Positions 20,294 to 32,645 of a stretch of 43,452 bases of DNA are shown piece by piece. The stretch is taken from NCBI GenBank assembly GCA_008632985.1, contig QPGO01000248.1, forward strand, positions 62,001-105,452, given 5' to 3'. The first letter of the stretch is position 1; every line of letters begins with the position of its first letter. The stretch comes from Psammoneis japonica (taxonomy: Eukaryota). A program made the translations under genes and the position numbers. Below the pieces are notes generated by a model. The model saw only the letters and a program-made list of their open reading frames with translations, was not told where the DNA came from and ran no database searches.

Positions 20294-23200
20294 TCAACTT
20301 GTCCCAATTGAAACACCCTCTAGTCGTACGCCATTTCGAGCAGCAACCTTTTCAAACTTTTCAGATTGCCTTTTGTAGCTACTTGCCCATTTCTCGCACT
20401 TCGTCGTCAATTGTTGAATGTACTCGCGAAGGCGAGCACATTTTCGCTCGAGCGCCTCGTTTTTGGCCTGTAGCCCCGTGCATTGCTTCTCCGTCTCCCT
20501 TCTTAATGTCTGCTCTTGCTCCATACTAAATCTTAAAAGCAATAGGAAACAGGCTGGCGTTAGAAATGCATGTAGACTTTGAGAGGCAGCCTCGGAAACG
20601 AACACAAAAACTCACATCTTCCGCTTATAGTCGTCAATCTCTGCGACAGCGTCTTCGAGCCTGGCAGCTGCAGAGTCTCGAGCTTCCGTCACCTCTCGTA
20701 CGAGTAGGGCATCACGTTCTCTTGCTTCCCTGTGAGTATTTTGCAAAAGGGTGAGTTCCGCCTCTTTGTCCTCCAGGGCTCGTGAGGTCGCCCCTATCTC
20801 CTGTGCAGTACGAGCTATTTCTGTCTCCGCCATATCCAGCTTTCTTTTCGCATCGATCAATTCTTCTTCTAAAGCATCAAGATGAAGCTTCTGTTGAGCA
20901 ACAAGGGACTCGCGGGTTGAGTTGAGCTCGGACACCTTCGCAAGTTGGTCGTTGCACGAGACATAAGCTATCTTGAGCGTCTCGAGCTCTGAACTCGATT
21001 GTGAAGCAGAGTGCAGTACTTGCTCAACTTGTGATTCGTACTGAGTGCATTTTTCCATTAATTCATTGATCTTCGACTGTTGCTGGGATGCATGTTCCTT
21101 GATATGAACGTTCTCCCTGCTTGTTGCCTCGAACTCACCACACCGAAGTCTCAGATCCGCAATCGTTGTTTCAGCTTGGTTGTACTTTGCCATCAGTTCA
21201 TTGTATTGGGCCTCCAGCGAAGAGAGATGTCTCTCCTTTTTGCTGATCAGCTCGCACGCTTCGTTGAGATCTTGTTCGAGCTTTTCAGCGGTAGCTTGGT
21301 GCTTTCGAGCGTCCTTTCGAGATGCCGAGAGAAGCGAATTTGCATTAGACGCTTCTTGCTCTGAATTCTTGGATGCGTTCTGTGCAGTTTCGACTTCAGC
21401 TTTCAACAGAGCAACCAAAGCTTCGTTAGCACCGAATCGTTTCGAGACTTTCTCGAGCTCAATCTTGCATGCTGAATGCATCTCTACGACCCTTTTCAGC
21501 TCTGCTTCCCTTAGCTCACCAGACCTTTTCATGTCTTCCAGTTGTTTGGTAAGTTCTTTGCATTTTAGAACGGACCTCTGGAGTTCGCATCGAGTTGCAT
21601 CGAGGACGCGAGTTGCTTCGTCGCGTTCCGTTTCAAGCATTTCGCCATACTTTCGTTCGACATCCTCCAGGTGGCTGCTCTTCTGCTTGAGAGCATCAAT
21701 AGCTTTATCGAGCTCATGCTGAAGAGTAGAAATCTGGGAATTAAAGCTCAATGCTTCTGCCCGCAACTGCTTGGCTTCGTCAGTAGATTCTTGTAACTTC
21801 TTTTCCACGGCAGGAAGAGCTGTCTGATACTGGGCAACCAAGGCTTCGTTTCGATCATTGTGCTCGGAAACATTTGCGAGCTTGTCATTGCAACTTAGAT
21901 AAGAGACCTTTAGCTTCTCGATTTCATCGGTTTGTCCTGCCAGTGCATCTTCCAACCTTGAAATATGGGATCTCTTGCTCACGATGACGTCCTGCGCATC
22001 ATTTAGTTGGGTTTTTAATTGCTCGATTCCTCTCAAAAGCTGTTCCTTCTCGCTGCTAAGCGCTTCTGCTGTTGCCGTCGCTTCTGCAACTTCTTTCGAC
22101 GTCTTACTGAAGGTCAATTCGGCAGCCTCTAGAGCTCGTTGGTATTGTGCAACGACGCTGTCATCGCCCTCACTACTCTGGGTTGCAATATCGAGACCTT
22201 CGTTGAAACTGGACTTCAGAATATCCATCTCGTGCTCGGCGTCATGCAACGACTTCTTGAGGCGATCCACTTCAGAAAGGCACACCTGCTCAGAGTCTGA
22301 CAACCTCTGGACCTCGTTTGCAAGTTTCTCGCATTGCTTCGCAATCTGATGTTTCTCCTCTTGTTTCAGTAGAAGATCGTTCTCCAACTCAGAAACCTTC
22401 TTTGACAGTTCGACTGCATCCATATCGACACGACCAGATTCGTTTTCTTCCTGGGAACGAGCAACCTGCGGATGAGATGTTCCACAATCCCGTTTTGCTT
22501 TGAGCAATCCGTACTCCAGGTCTTGCTTTTCGTGCGAAAGCTTTCTGACCTTGGCCTCCAGAATCTCGGTTAAACGGTGAAGCTTGTCATTGGTCTCCTT
22601 CAAGAAAGCACGTTCTTTTGATTTTGCCTGGTGAATAGCAAGGAAGTCCTTAACTTTCTGTAGTTCCGTTTGAGCCGACTCTAGCCTTTCGTGTAGGCGC
22701 TTCTTCTCAGCTCCCCACCGTTTTCGGTCAGAGAGCAAGGCTTCCATATCACTCTCGCTCAAAGACTTTTTCTCGGCTGAAGATGATTCCATAAAGATAC
22801 TTTCAATCACGCTTATGTCCTCACCGAGCTGCGACAGCGCATCAATGTGGGAGAGACCGGAGAGTTTTTCTTCTTCAGAGACGTATCCGCTGGTGTCTAT
22901 GGTTCGCGCCTCCTCCATCATTTCAAGCCGTTTCTCTTCCACACTAAAAGATTCTTCAAAAGCGTCGCAACGATGAAGCGTAGCGTTGAGCACCTCGTCC
23001 AAAAGACTTTCGGAGTCCTCGGGACCTTGATCGATCCCATCGACAATAACCTGCGATGATGCGGAGCATGAATAAGAAAAGGAGTTCTCCCCATCTTCCT
23101 CGATTGCTGACTCTTGCTTCACCTCAATGCAATCGCGGAGATGATTCACAGCCGTCGCCATGCTGATGAGTCTAGCCTCGTAATCGGAAATCTTTCCTTC

Positions 23201-25059
23201 CAGATTTGCACGTAGGATACCAGAGTCGTATTCTACCTTGGCAATAGCCGCCTTTGCCGCTTTGCGCACGGACACCAATTGAGATTCTAGAAGGTCTCTT
23301 TCGGCGACAATTGATCGTAATTCACTGCTTTCCAACATACGAGAGATTGTGTCCTCGTCGAACTCTGTGCGACCGGAGGTTTGAGATTCTGATAGTTCTG
23401 TTTCATCTTTCTGCTTTTCACTAAACTCCTTCAGTTGCGACTCGAGCTGTTGACTGTACGAGGCGACCTTCTCTTCCAGCGCATACCGTGCACTACTTGC
23501 CTCTTTCAGCTCACACATCAAGTCTTGAACTTTATCCTGACTCTTGGAAAGTTCATCTCGAAGCGCCTTGTTTTCGCTATCGGAATGATAAGTCGTAGCA
23601 TCCTTTGCAACCTGCTCCTTCAACGTCAAGTACTGTGTCTCCCATTTCGCCGCCTGTCGATTGGCTGCAACGACTTCTTGATGTAGAGATTTGTTCTCGT
23701 CTTTGGCGCAATTCAATTCGCTCCGAACCTGTTCCAGCTGCTCTTGGAGACAGGCATTCTGTTCGTCAAGCTTCACACAAGTCTGATCCGTATACCTAAC
23801 TTCTGTCTCCAGAATCCTGTTTCGCTCCAGCAATTGCGAGTCACATTGCGGAGGACCAACTTGCGATGAAATGGCAAAGACGTTCTTGTTGACGGAGTCT
23901 TCCGATTTGACCATCTCTTCCATTTGCCTTTCGCATTCCTTTCGTTTCTCGATTTCTTCCTCAACTAGCTCCAAGGCAACCCGGTGAGCTTCCTCCAATT
24001 CTTGGATTCGCTTCATATAAATTGCACTCTCGGCGAGAGCTTGCTGTCTCGCATCGGCTCTCAATCTTGTCAAAGGAGACAACTCGGTGGCCGGATCAAG
24101 GTCATCTGGGTTTAATCGAGGAGGAGATTCTTGAATGGATTCTTCCAGAACGGCCAATGACAACTTTGTCTCGTCTTGGCCTGATACACTCTCAATCATC
24201 GATTGCTGCATCAAAGAAGTGTCGGGTGCTATCTCGTCCAGGTGTTGGAACCGTTCGTAGCACTCTTGAGGGGTGTCAAGAATAGTAGGCGGGATTTTTC
24301 TGACGGGGAGCGGCGTAAATCCGTTTTCTTCATCACTTGGAAACACATCTACGGTGGAGTTGCTTGTAAGAGAATGATCAAGAAGGACGCTATGGTGATG
24401 CGACTGGAAGATGACCTCAGGTACACCCGGTGTAGTATCTTGGGGGTCCTCCATACCGGCACTGTCTTGGGATCCTCGCTTGGGAGCATCCAGAGAAGAC
24501 GAAACACTGGCTTGGTGCGTTGGTTCTCTAGTTCTTTCAATGGTGTCTTGCGAAAATCATCCGTCGAGCTTCTCGGTGATGCGCCGGAAAGTGAAAGAAG
24601 TTCACCAGGAAAATTCTGAACTTGAGCTGTGCCATGAGACGTCTCGGCGATACTCTCGCTGTGCAAAGTACCCGGCATGGAAAGAAGCTCACCAGGGAGA
24701 GTATGGACTCTTCCGATCCTATTGTCACTCGAAGAAGTTGCGGGCAAGGAGTCGCTCGCAGAGCAGTCAAGCAAAGAGACATGCTCGGTATGATCTGGTG
24801 AATGGCTTACAGTCCTTGGGATCTTGGCTGGTGAGTCCACTTCAACGTCAGCGTAGTGATACGATGTCGACATGGAGGGAGATTCCTTCATGACAGGCGA
24901 CTGTTCGTCTTGCCTCAATGAAATCGCAACAGGAACATCGTCAATAGGATGAGCTGAAATTCTGGGTGCCGTCTTTTTATGAAGTCTCTTCGAATCCGTC
25001 GTGCGGTTTGCGTTTTGCACATCCAACAACGGGACACGCTTAGCATAGCGCTCCTTCAT
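20294..25059 (-). CDS. Large (~1550 aa) coiled-coil protein with disordered N-terminus; intron ~20615-20526; -1 frameshift at ~24555
   Basis: Heptad-rich 1280-aa ORF 20612..24454. Upstream ORF 24349..25068 joins it if one T is added to the TTTT run (GAT TTT TCG CAA...). The last exon MEQEQTLRRE...KWASSYKRQS follows GTGAG...TAG. Confidence 0.85.
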
Positions 25060-25662
25060 CGCGCACAAGCTCTTGGGTATTTAACGGACTCAGGGATATA
25101 AAAGCACTGAAGGTCGCACCTCCTGTTTTACTGTTGTGCCATGGCCGAGAGCGTTGTGCTTCGAACTTTTGTCGGCAAAAGAGCCGTTCGTTGCATGCGC
25201 CAATTGAGAGTTCGAAGGGGGGGAATGAGCGATTTGTACCATTCGTTTACGTTAAGGAATCTCGTGGCTTCGATACAAATCATTGAAATATATTCATGAA
25301 GTTAATACAAATTATACGAGATTTTGAATTCAGTGCTGTCCCCCCGACAACCAGGCTTGCTGAATGCCGATGCAATTGGATGGCAGATTCCTAATTCCAC
25401 TAAGAAGTTTGAACGCCCACAGCTGAAACGCAAACCAAATCATCGGGATGATTTCTGCAGAGGATATTTTTTTCAAATTTTCATCCCCTGAACCTCGAAC
25501 CCGGAGTAACATTACAGCATGTTACCGGTACAGGCACAAGAGGGGACACGATTATTCAGAATTTTCTTGTGGCCCCCCATTACCTTCTGCCTCTGGCGGC
25601 TCTCTGCCGACACACCGATTGATTGACAGTTGACGGCATGAAGATACCGCCGTCCAGAAACA

Positions 25663-26442
25663 ATGAACAGCGGTTCTGGACTCTGCACAAGTAACCTTTT
25701 AGTCTTGGGCTATCTAATGATAATGTTGGTTGCCACTGGAGCTATTTCCAGAGCGAGATTCATTGAATTAACATCAAAAAGACGCTTTGCCACAGCCTTT
25801 ATGATCAACGCGCACCATCCGCGGCACATGTCATCCCGCAAAATGCGACAGAAACCACAATTGAGCTTTTCATCCTCTCCCTCTAACAGCAGCTCTGTCT
25901 TTAAAGTCAATCTCGAGATTCCAACCCCCGAAGATATGGAGGATGTTGGCGCCATTCTCTCCATGGGAACTGTCGGAGGAGATGTGATTTTGTTGGGCGG
26001 AGATCTTGGTGCGGGCAAGACCTGTCTCTCTCGTGGTTTTGTTCGAGCCAGGACTGGTGATTTCGATATGCGAGTTACGTCTCCCACATACCTCTTGTCT
26101 AACACATATCAAGCACAAGACGTCATTATCCATCACATGGACTTGTACCGTCTCTCGGGCGAAAATTATCTTGGGCCTCTCAACATGGATCACGTTTTCA
26201 AAAACTGCATTTCTCTCATTGAGTGGCCATCACGTCTCGGAAAGGCGACGCCTGCTGAACGGTTGGAAGTACATTTTAAGATTGACGTTGATTCGGAGGA
26301 TGAAGTCGAGAGCAGAACTCGATTCTTGACTCTGAAAGCGTTTGGGGCAAAGTGGGAAGATAGACTGAGGCTGTTGTTGGACGAGGGCTACATTGATGAT
26401 TTAGTAGTTGAGGTTGATGTCACTACTAATAGAACCAAGTAG
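25663..26442 (+). CDS. tsaE: tRNA t6A biosynthesis ATPase TsaE (YjeE), probably organelle-targeted
   Basis: GDVILLGGDLGAGKT, VTSPTYLL, HMDLYRL and LIEWP motifs after an ~80-aa targeting-like N-terminal extension. Confidence 0.93.
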   Translation: MNSGSGLCTSNLLVLGYLMIMLVATGAISRARFIELTSKRRFATAFMINAHHPRHMSSRKMRQKPQLSFSSSPSNSSSVFKVNLEIPTPEDMEDVGAILSMGTVGGDVILLGGDLGAGKTCLSRGFVRARTGDFDMRVTSPTYLLSNTYQAQDVIIHHMDLYRLSGENYLGPLNMDHVFKNCISLIEWPSRLGKATPAERLEVHFKIDVDSEDEVESRTRFLTLKAFGAKWEDRLRLLLDEGYIDDLVVEVDVTTNRTK

Positions 26443-26493
26443 CATCTCGCATTATAGTTTCCCCACCGGTACATATGCGTACGGAAGAGATTT

Positions 26494-28361
26494 TTACTCG
26501 AACGCCTTGGGCTCACTATCCGAAGCAGATGCTGATTCAGCTTTTGGTTTTGATTCGCCCTCGGCGCTTCTACTAGAAGATCTCGCCTTTCTTCTCGCAC
26601 CTCGCGTCCTTTGTGCGGAACGACGAGCTCCTGCCGTTCTGGGTCCTGTTTCAAGAGAAGGTGTGCTAGCCTCTGTGGGCGCCGCTGCCTCCACTGTGCC
26701 GGAAGACGCCAAGGAACTTACCGCAGCAACCTCGACCTTTTCTGGTTCGGTCTTTCGCTGCTTAGCAGCCTAAGGTGGACCCAAGTGAAGCAATCAAAAG
26801 TGAATTTGCATGTTTCCTGGAAGGACACAAGAAAATTGTAAGAGACGTGAATCGGCTTACCTTGTTTGCCAGTCCTTTCTCGACTGCCTGAGACGAGGCG
26901 TCTGCGAGGGTTCTCACCAAAACATCCTCCCCGTTCAACGGCGTTCGGCTGACAGAGCCAAATCCTTTTGATGCATCACCAGCACCACGGGTAGCCACGA
27001 GACCTGAGTTTGATACTTCGATAACAAGTTTGCCGACAGTGACAGTTTCGAAATCGACCAGCTTTTGCCAGATAATTTCAACAAGTCCGTCACCACCACG
27101 CACGGCCGACACGGGCCTAGCACCAATACGAATACCCGCAAGCTCATAGCTCCGCAAAACGGCCGGTGCCCACTTTTTCGCAAGCCAATCGGCAAGTCGT
27201 TCCACATCAGGGACAGAAGAAAAGGAAGCCTCAAAGAGTTGCGCTCCGGCTCCGTCAGTAGTTTTCTGTTCCGCTCTGGCAAACTCCTCTTCCCATATTT
27301 TGGAAGGGACTTCATCCGTGCCAACTTGGGAAGAAATACAAACATCAGTACCCTGCGAGACAGTCACCTTTCCTAATGCAATGCGTGCTGCAGCTTCGCC
27401 AACTGATAACCTAGAAGACCGGGTCTTGCTGCCGACCATGGCGTTTCCAGAAACAGACAACGTTGGATCAACTCGGATGGAGCGCATCGCATATTCCTCT
27501 GACAGGCGTGGATTTCTAAGAGGCCCTCCCACAAAAGGTGAAAAGTCGGGCTGCATATACGATGGGGAAAATGTGAGGGTAAAAGAACACACATCAAGTC
27601 ATTTCAACGCTGTCGCAGGTTGGCGAGATACGTACCGATGACTCTGGGATACCAAAGAGTTCACCATGACGAAGTATTGTCACTTTGGAAGAATCAGGAT
27701 TGATAGCTTCAGGAAGAGAGTTAGGAACTTGCACTTTGTTTCCGCCCACTAGGGAACTGATCAGTCCGCCGACGCCACCGCTTTCTTCCTCCTCGGCACC
27801 CTCATCGTCCATTGCCGATAGAATTGCCAACTGGGTCCCACGAGCAGAGCGCCCCGCCTCTTTTGCTGCCACTTTAATGGCACTTTTCCACAGCTTTACT
27901 GGGTCTCCCTCTCCTTTTTCTGCGTTTTCTACTCCATCAAAGGTACAAACAATACCGTCAGCTGTTCCACACCATTGAGAAACAGCACTGATTGCCGATT
28001 CTGGTTCGTCTATCGGAAGAAGCAGACTCTCTGCGCTAGCACCGGCTAGTTGTACTGCACCACCTGCGGCAGCAATGGATTCAAGGCACTCTTGACTCAA
28101 AACAACCTTGTTTTCGCTCGATGACGACGACACGACAAACCAACGAACTGAACATCCCATTTCGGCAGCCTTTACTGAGGTCACTTCACCCACGCCACCT
28201 GGAGGAGATATGACCACCAATGATTTTGATGATGAATCAGACGTTGTCATAAAACGCCGTGTGACAAGGCTAGGGCGATTGTTTTGTAAGCCAGTAAACG
28301 CATCGGTAGCCGTGAACAACACAGCCACGACGGCAAGGATTTTGCGCCCAGTGGACAACAT
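26494..28361 (-). CDS. Uncharacterised plastid-targeted protein, 3 exons (28361-27636, 27550-26861, 26769-26494); N-terminal half weakly Rossmann/atypical-SDR-like
   Basis: Signal peptide MLSTGRKILAVVAVLFTATDAF. LVVISPPGGVGEV resembles a degenerate dinucleotide-binding start, and ILRHGELFG resembles the SDR 'iRpg.l.g' motif. Canonical splice sites join ORFs 27594..28397, 26762..27592 and 26494..26712. Confidence 0.8.
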
Positions 28362-28547
28362 TTTCCGGCGTTTTGTATGTCGAGGCTTCTTATTCAACCG
28401 ACAATGTACAATACAGAGACGAACGAATCACTTCTGCAAGCTTTTGAAGAGCGTACTGGTATGTACCCTTCCAAGGATCGTCTTGTTTTCAGTTGCTCCT
28501 TCCCCGTGTTGATCAATCATCCTCCAACGCAATATTTTGAAACTTGC

Positions 28548-28761
28548 TGACGCCACGTACTTGCGGTTCCCGCCATTCCACGTCACAGAAGAAGTACGGA
28601 AAGCGCCCAGACTACCGGACGCACGTACGTACGCTACAAAGAATTTGAAGAGCGCGAGCTCGCGAGGAGTCGCATTCGACCGAACAACATTCTATTTGCG
28701 AAAACAGAGTACGGATAAAAATCAATATGATGACGTAGCTGCCGTTGTAGTACGCACGTCA
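28548..28761. promoter_or_regulatory. Cluster of four CCRE/bZIP-type motifs in the divergent promoter upstream of SLC4
   Basis: TGACGC at 28548, ACGTCA at 28580, TGACGT at 28731 and ACGTCA at 28756. These match the CO2/cAMP-responsive element hexamers described for the Phaeodactylum ptca1 promoter. Confidence 0.5.
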
Positions 28762-28969
28762 TGATGTGTCCTCGGATTTCGTCCTGATGCGATCTTTCCA
28801 ACACACATCAGACAGCGCATGTAACTCATCGCTCATACTCATGACGGTGCCGCCGTCAGTTGCGTTTTGCAAAGCCTGCCTCTTATCAATCTGTTACAGT
28901 TGAGACAGCGGTTCTCTCAATGCCAGCTGCAGTACAATAAATAAGTTCTCTTACGCAGTGTCTCTCAAT

Positions 28970-30808
28970 ATGCTTGTTTTTCGCAGCGGCAAAAGCAGAC
29001 GATTTCTACTGAGCCAAACGCTCGTTACGCTTTTTATGAGTCTGGGTTGCGCTTCTGCACTCTCATTAGGGGGGAGCCACGCGTTGGCTAGGGGTCAATG
29101 TAGGCTAGTTTCACCGATGTCTACAAATTATAAACGAAACCCATCGGTGATGGTTCTCAAGTCAAAGAAAACGTGGCGTAAAATTCCGAAACGCATCTCC
29201 TCCGTATTCTCCACCCCCAATCCGTATCTGCACTCCCTCGACAAGCTAAGTGGGATGGACTACAACATACACCACCAGAACAGAACACGGGATAAGGTGG
29301 TAAGAACAATCTTTTCTAAGGAAATAAGGGATGATTTCAGAAGAAGAAAAAAGTTCTATCGCTCCGATTGGACGGACGGGTTCAAAAAGAAGGGGCAGAC
29401 AATACCAGCTATTTTGTTTCTATACTTTGCTTGTCTTGCTCCTGCAGTTAGCTTTGGAACGATTGCGTCAGAAATAACGAAAGGTTCTATCGGCGTAGTC
29501 GAGTTCCTCTTGAGCAGCGGGTTGAGTGGCATGGCGTATGCCGTACTCTGTGGGCAGCCAATGGCTTTCATTGCTCCGACAGGGCTGACATTAGCATTCA
29601 TGTCCGGTCTCTTTCGCTTTTGTCAGCTCAAAAGCCTTCCATTCTTTCAAGTATATTCGTGGGTCGGTCTTTGGACAAGTGCGTTTATGATTTCTCTCGG
29701 GGTAGGTGGGTCCAGTCGATTCATTGATTATTGCACCCGATTTACGGATGAAGTATTCAACGGCTTGCTTAGTCTGAACTTCATCTACGAGGCTCTGTCA
29801 TCATTGAGACGGAACTTTGTAACCGCCATGGATCCAATGAATTTGACGATGCCTTTTGTATCTCTATTTGTGGCATTAACCACGTTTGCGTCAACCATGC
29901 AGGTTGTTGCTTTCGAGAGCAGCAGGTTTCTCAACCAGAAAGCGAGGACAGTCGTTAAAGATTTTGGCCCCGTTACAATTTTCATCCTCATGTCAGTACT
30001 CAATCTTCTTCCGTGGGTGAGGAAGTTTGGTGTTCCGACTCTTTCTGTCCCAAACGTGTTTGAACTTGCGGGCGGAAGGAAATTTCTTATCCCATTCATG
30101 TCAGCTCCGCTAAAAGTGAAAATATTGGCGATGTTTCCTGCCTTGCTGCTGACCTCCCTCTTCTTCATGGATCAAAACATCAGCGTCCGTGTAGTCAACA
30201 ACCCAGACAATAAATTGAAGAAAGGTGAAGCGTACAACCTTGATATGGTTGCACTTGGCATTGTTACTGGTGCCGTCTCTATGGTGGGTCTTCCGTGGAT
30301 GTGTGGCGCAACAGTGCAGTCGCTGAATCACTTGCGAGCAATGAGAGAAACAAAATTCAACGAGGAAACGGAGGAAGCCGAGATATCCGACGTCACTGAA
30401 ACTCGACTCACGGGTTTTGTGATCCATGCCTTGATTGCATCAAGTATCTGGCTTCTTCCTCTTCTCTCTTATCTCCCCATTCCTGTGGTCTCTGGTGTTT
30501 TCCTTTTTCTGGGCAGAAAACTCATGTCCGGAAACTCGTTTTTGGTGCGCGTCAAGGATGCCTTTGCAGAGAAGAAACGCCTTGCAAAAGACCATCCCAT
30601 TCACGTACTTGGCAGAAGGAAGATGAATGTGTTTACAGCCGTGCAGGTTGCATGCTTGATTGCACTGTGGAGCTTCAAGCAATGCTCAGCGACAGCAATA
30701 TTCTTCCCGAGTGTCATTGGTATGTTGATGCTGATTCGGGCCTTTGTTTTGCCCAAGTTTTTCACTGAAGAGGAGCTGGTCGCACTGGGCGATCCTACGC
30801 CTTGGTAG
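28970..30808 (+). CDS. SLC4-family bicarbonate transporter (HCO3_cotransp) with N-terminal targeting leader
   Basis: DFRRRKKFYRSDWTDG, LFLYFACLAPAVSFG, GQPMAFIAPTG, TRFTDEVF, LFFMDQNIS, KLKKGEAYNLD, GLPWMCGATVQSLNH, ETRLTG, IPVVSGVFLFLG. Signal-like LVTLFMSLGCASAL. Confidence 0.95.
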   Translation: MLVFRSGKSRRFLLSQTLVTLFMSLGCASALSLGGSHALARGQCRLVSPMSTNYKRNPSVMVLKSKKTWRKIPKRISSVFSTPNPYLHSLDKLSGMDYNIHHQNRTRDKVVRTIFSKEIRDDFRRRKKFYRSDWTDGFKKKGQTIPAILFLYFACLAPAVSFGTIASEITKGSIGVVEFLLSSGLSGMAYAVLCGQPMAFIAPTGLTLAFMSGLFRFCQLKSLPFFQVYSWVGLWTSAFMISLGVGGSSRFIDYCTRFTDEVFNGLLSLNFIYEALSSLRRNFVTAMDPMNLTMPFVSLFVALTTFASTMQVVAFESSRFLNQKARTVVKDFGPVTIFILMSVLNLLPWVRKFGVPTLSVPNVFELAGGRKFLIPFMSAPLKVKILAMFPALLLTSLFFMDQNISVRVVNNPDNKLKKGEAYNLDMVALGIVTGAVSMVGLPWMCGATVQSLNHLRAMRETKFNEETEEAEISDVTETRLTGFVIHALIASSIWLLPLLSYLPIPVVSGVFLFLGRKLMSGNSFLVRVKDAFAEKKRLAKDHPIHVLGRRKMNVFTAVQVACLIALWSFKQCSATAIFFPSVIGMLMLIRAFVLPKFFTEEELVALGDPTPW

Positions 30809-31019
30809 CTGCATATATCACCAAAACTTGGCAAGAGAAATTCTCTTCCGTACTTTCATAGGTTCGTGTACCTCTTTTTGTTCGAGAGGGTAAGCTTCCT
30901 CCGGTTTTTGATGGGAAATTGTCATCTAGGGTAGCGTAGATACAAGAGGAATTGACAAAAAGTGATGGTAACCTAATTATTCAGAAACCTTGTATTCATA
31001 CTTCTAGTCGCTAAAGAGA

Positions 31020-32520
31020 GCACAACATGCTCATGCACCCTCTAGAGTCAAACTCATCATCCATCAATGATCATCCCTCAATCGCCAACCGAAAGTCGTT
31101 ACACACGCAGCCATGATCGCTCACAGGGATCACAACATTGCTCACATCAACTGTCGCCCCGGTTCCTTTGCCTCTTCCAGCTGCACTGAGTCTGGTGCGA
31201 GCAGAAAAACACAAGTCGCCCAAGACAACATCTACTGCCTTGTTGATCTTGCTCACATCTGCTCTTCAAAGGAGCCTCCAATGGTGAAAGCCAAATGTTG
31301 TTTCATTGTAAATCAAAATGAGCCCCAGTGAAAACAAAGTTCTTGCCCAAGACCTTGAACATTGCAGTCAGGGGGTGTGATCGTGGCTTGAGCCAAGTTG
31401 GTCAAGCTCTGCGATGCACAAGCACAAGTGCCAGTGCTGACATGAGCCATGAAGCTGTTGTTTGGAAAATCAAAGGCCAGATCATCTGAGCAAATGCAAG
31501 TCACAAAGAATGGCCCTGTTCACTGATGATGAAAATCAAGGCTTGACTGCCTCTCACCTCTTCTGAGCACAGCCCCGTTGCACAAGGTGGTGTTTCTGTG
31601 AAAACTCCAGAATGCCAATGAGACCCCCAGCATGGTGCTCTGGCTGACAACATGGAATCCACCCACAGCTTGTGTGTCATGATGGCAAGATGTTGTCAAT
31701 GCTCTTTCTGGTGGTTTTGTTGCCTCCTCTTTTTCATCTTGTTCCAGCAGCGATTCTCCCACACATGGGGGCTTCCAAAAGAAGAGCAGAGCTGACCTGG
31801 CTCTGTCAAGCACCAGTCGTTTACTCTTTTTCCGAGACATGAGCAAACAGCTTTGAAACTGGCTCCAACAGCAAAATGATTCTTTTTGTTGAGTGGCAAA
31901 TCTGTTGCCATGCACTCAAAAAGCCCAAAGGAAAGCAGGGAGCATTTTCGCAGTCAGCCCAGAGGAGAGATCGGCAACCTGCAGACAAGCTGTGGCAAAA
32001 ACAGTGCCAGCCAAGATGAGAGGCACAGCCTTTCATTGCTTGCTTTCTTCACATCACTTGAAACATCAAAGGTGCATTTGCCCCAACTGGTGAGGATGCA
32101 CAAAACAACCCCAAAACATTTGTTGCGCGAGACACAGCAATGTTTTGGCTGCCCACTTCTCGGATTGCTTGGCACAGGTGTGATTTGCACAGGGAGTTTA
32201 GCAGCAGCAGCAACAACAAGTCAGCACTTGCATGCTGCCTGCTGTCATTGCATCCCTCAACTCATCTCAAAGACAGTCCACAACTTTCTGCCAGGCAAGC
32301 GCAGCTCTTGAAAAAGTTTCTTGTGTCTCTCAAGATTTCTTGCAGCGCAAAGATGTCAGCAACATGCATCCAGCTTGGCATGGAACATTGTCAGAAAAAG
32401 TCAACTAAACACCAAGCAGTCTCCAGAGGTGAAACATCGAAATTGAGGACACTGTGGGGGGATTCCACAGACCCACTCAACGATGCTATCATGTCATTTG
32501 CAGACCTCGGAGCTCGTGCG
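31020..32520 (-). pseudogene. TpA-depleted degenerate insertion (gene or mobile-element relic of unknown family)
   Basis: Only about 7 TpA seen in 31081-32490. Fragmentary Cys/His/Trp-rich, Tyr-free ORFs. The minus strand gives protein-like pieces broken by TGA (e.g. SLDFHHQ*TGPFFVTCICSDDLAFDFPNNSF). The strand is tentative. Confidence 0.55.
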
Positions 32521-32645
32521 CCGTTGCTTGGTTCGTGATGACGTCAGTGTTGATGACGGCGATACGATCGCGATCAAACATTGGCCGATGGACGATGAAC
32601 GATGAGCGATGAGCGCGCCTACAACGGCCGCCATTGGTTTTGGCC

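Noticed and set aside
25663..26442. TsaE as bacterial contamination or recent HGT
   Set aside because: It has a eukaryotic targeting-like extension and host-like composition, and is flanked by intron-containing genes. Nuclear organelle-targeted TsaE is expected in algae.
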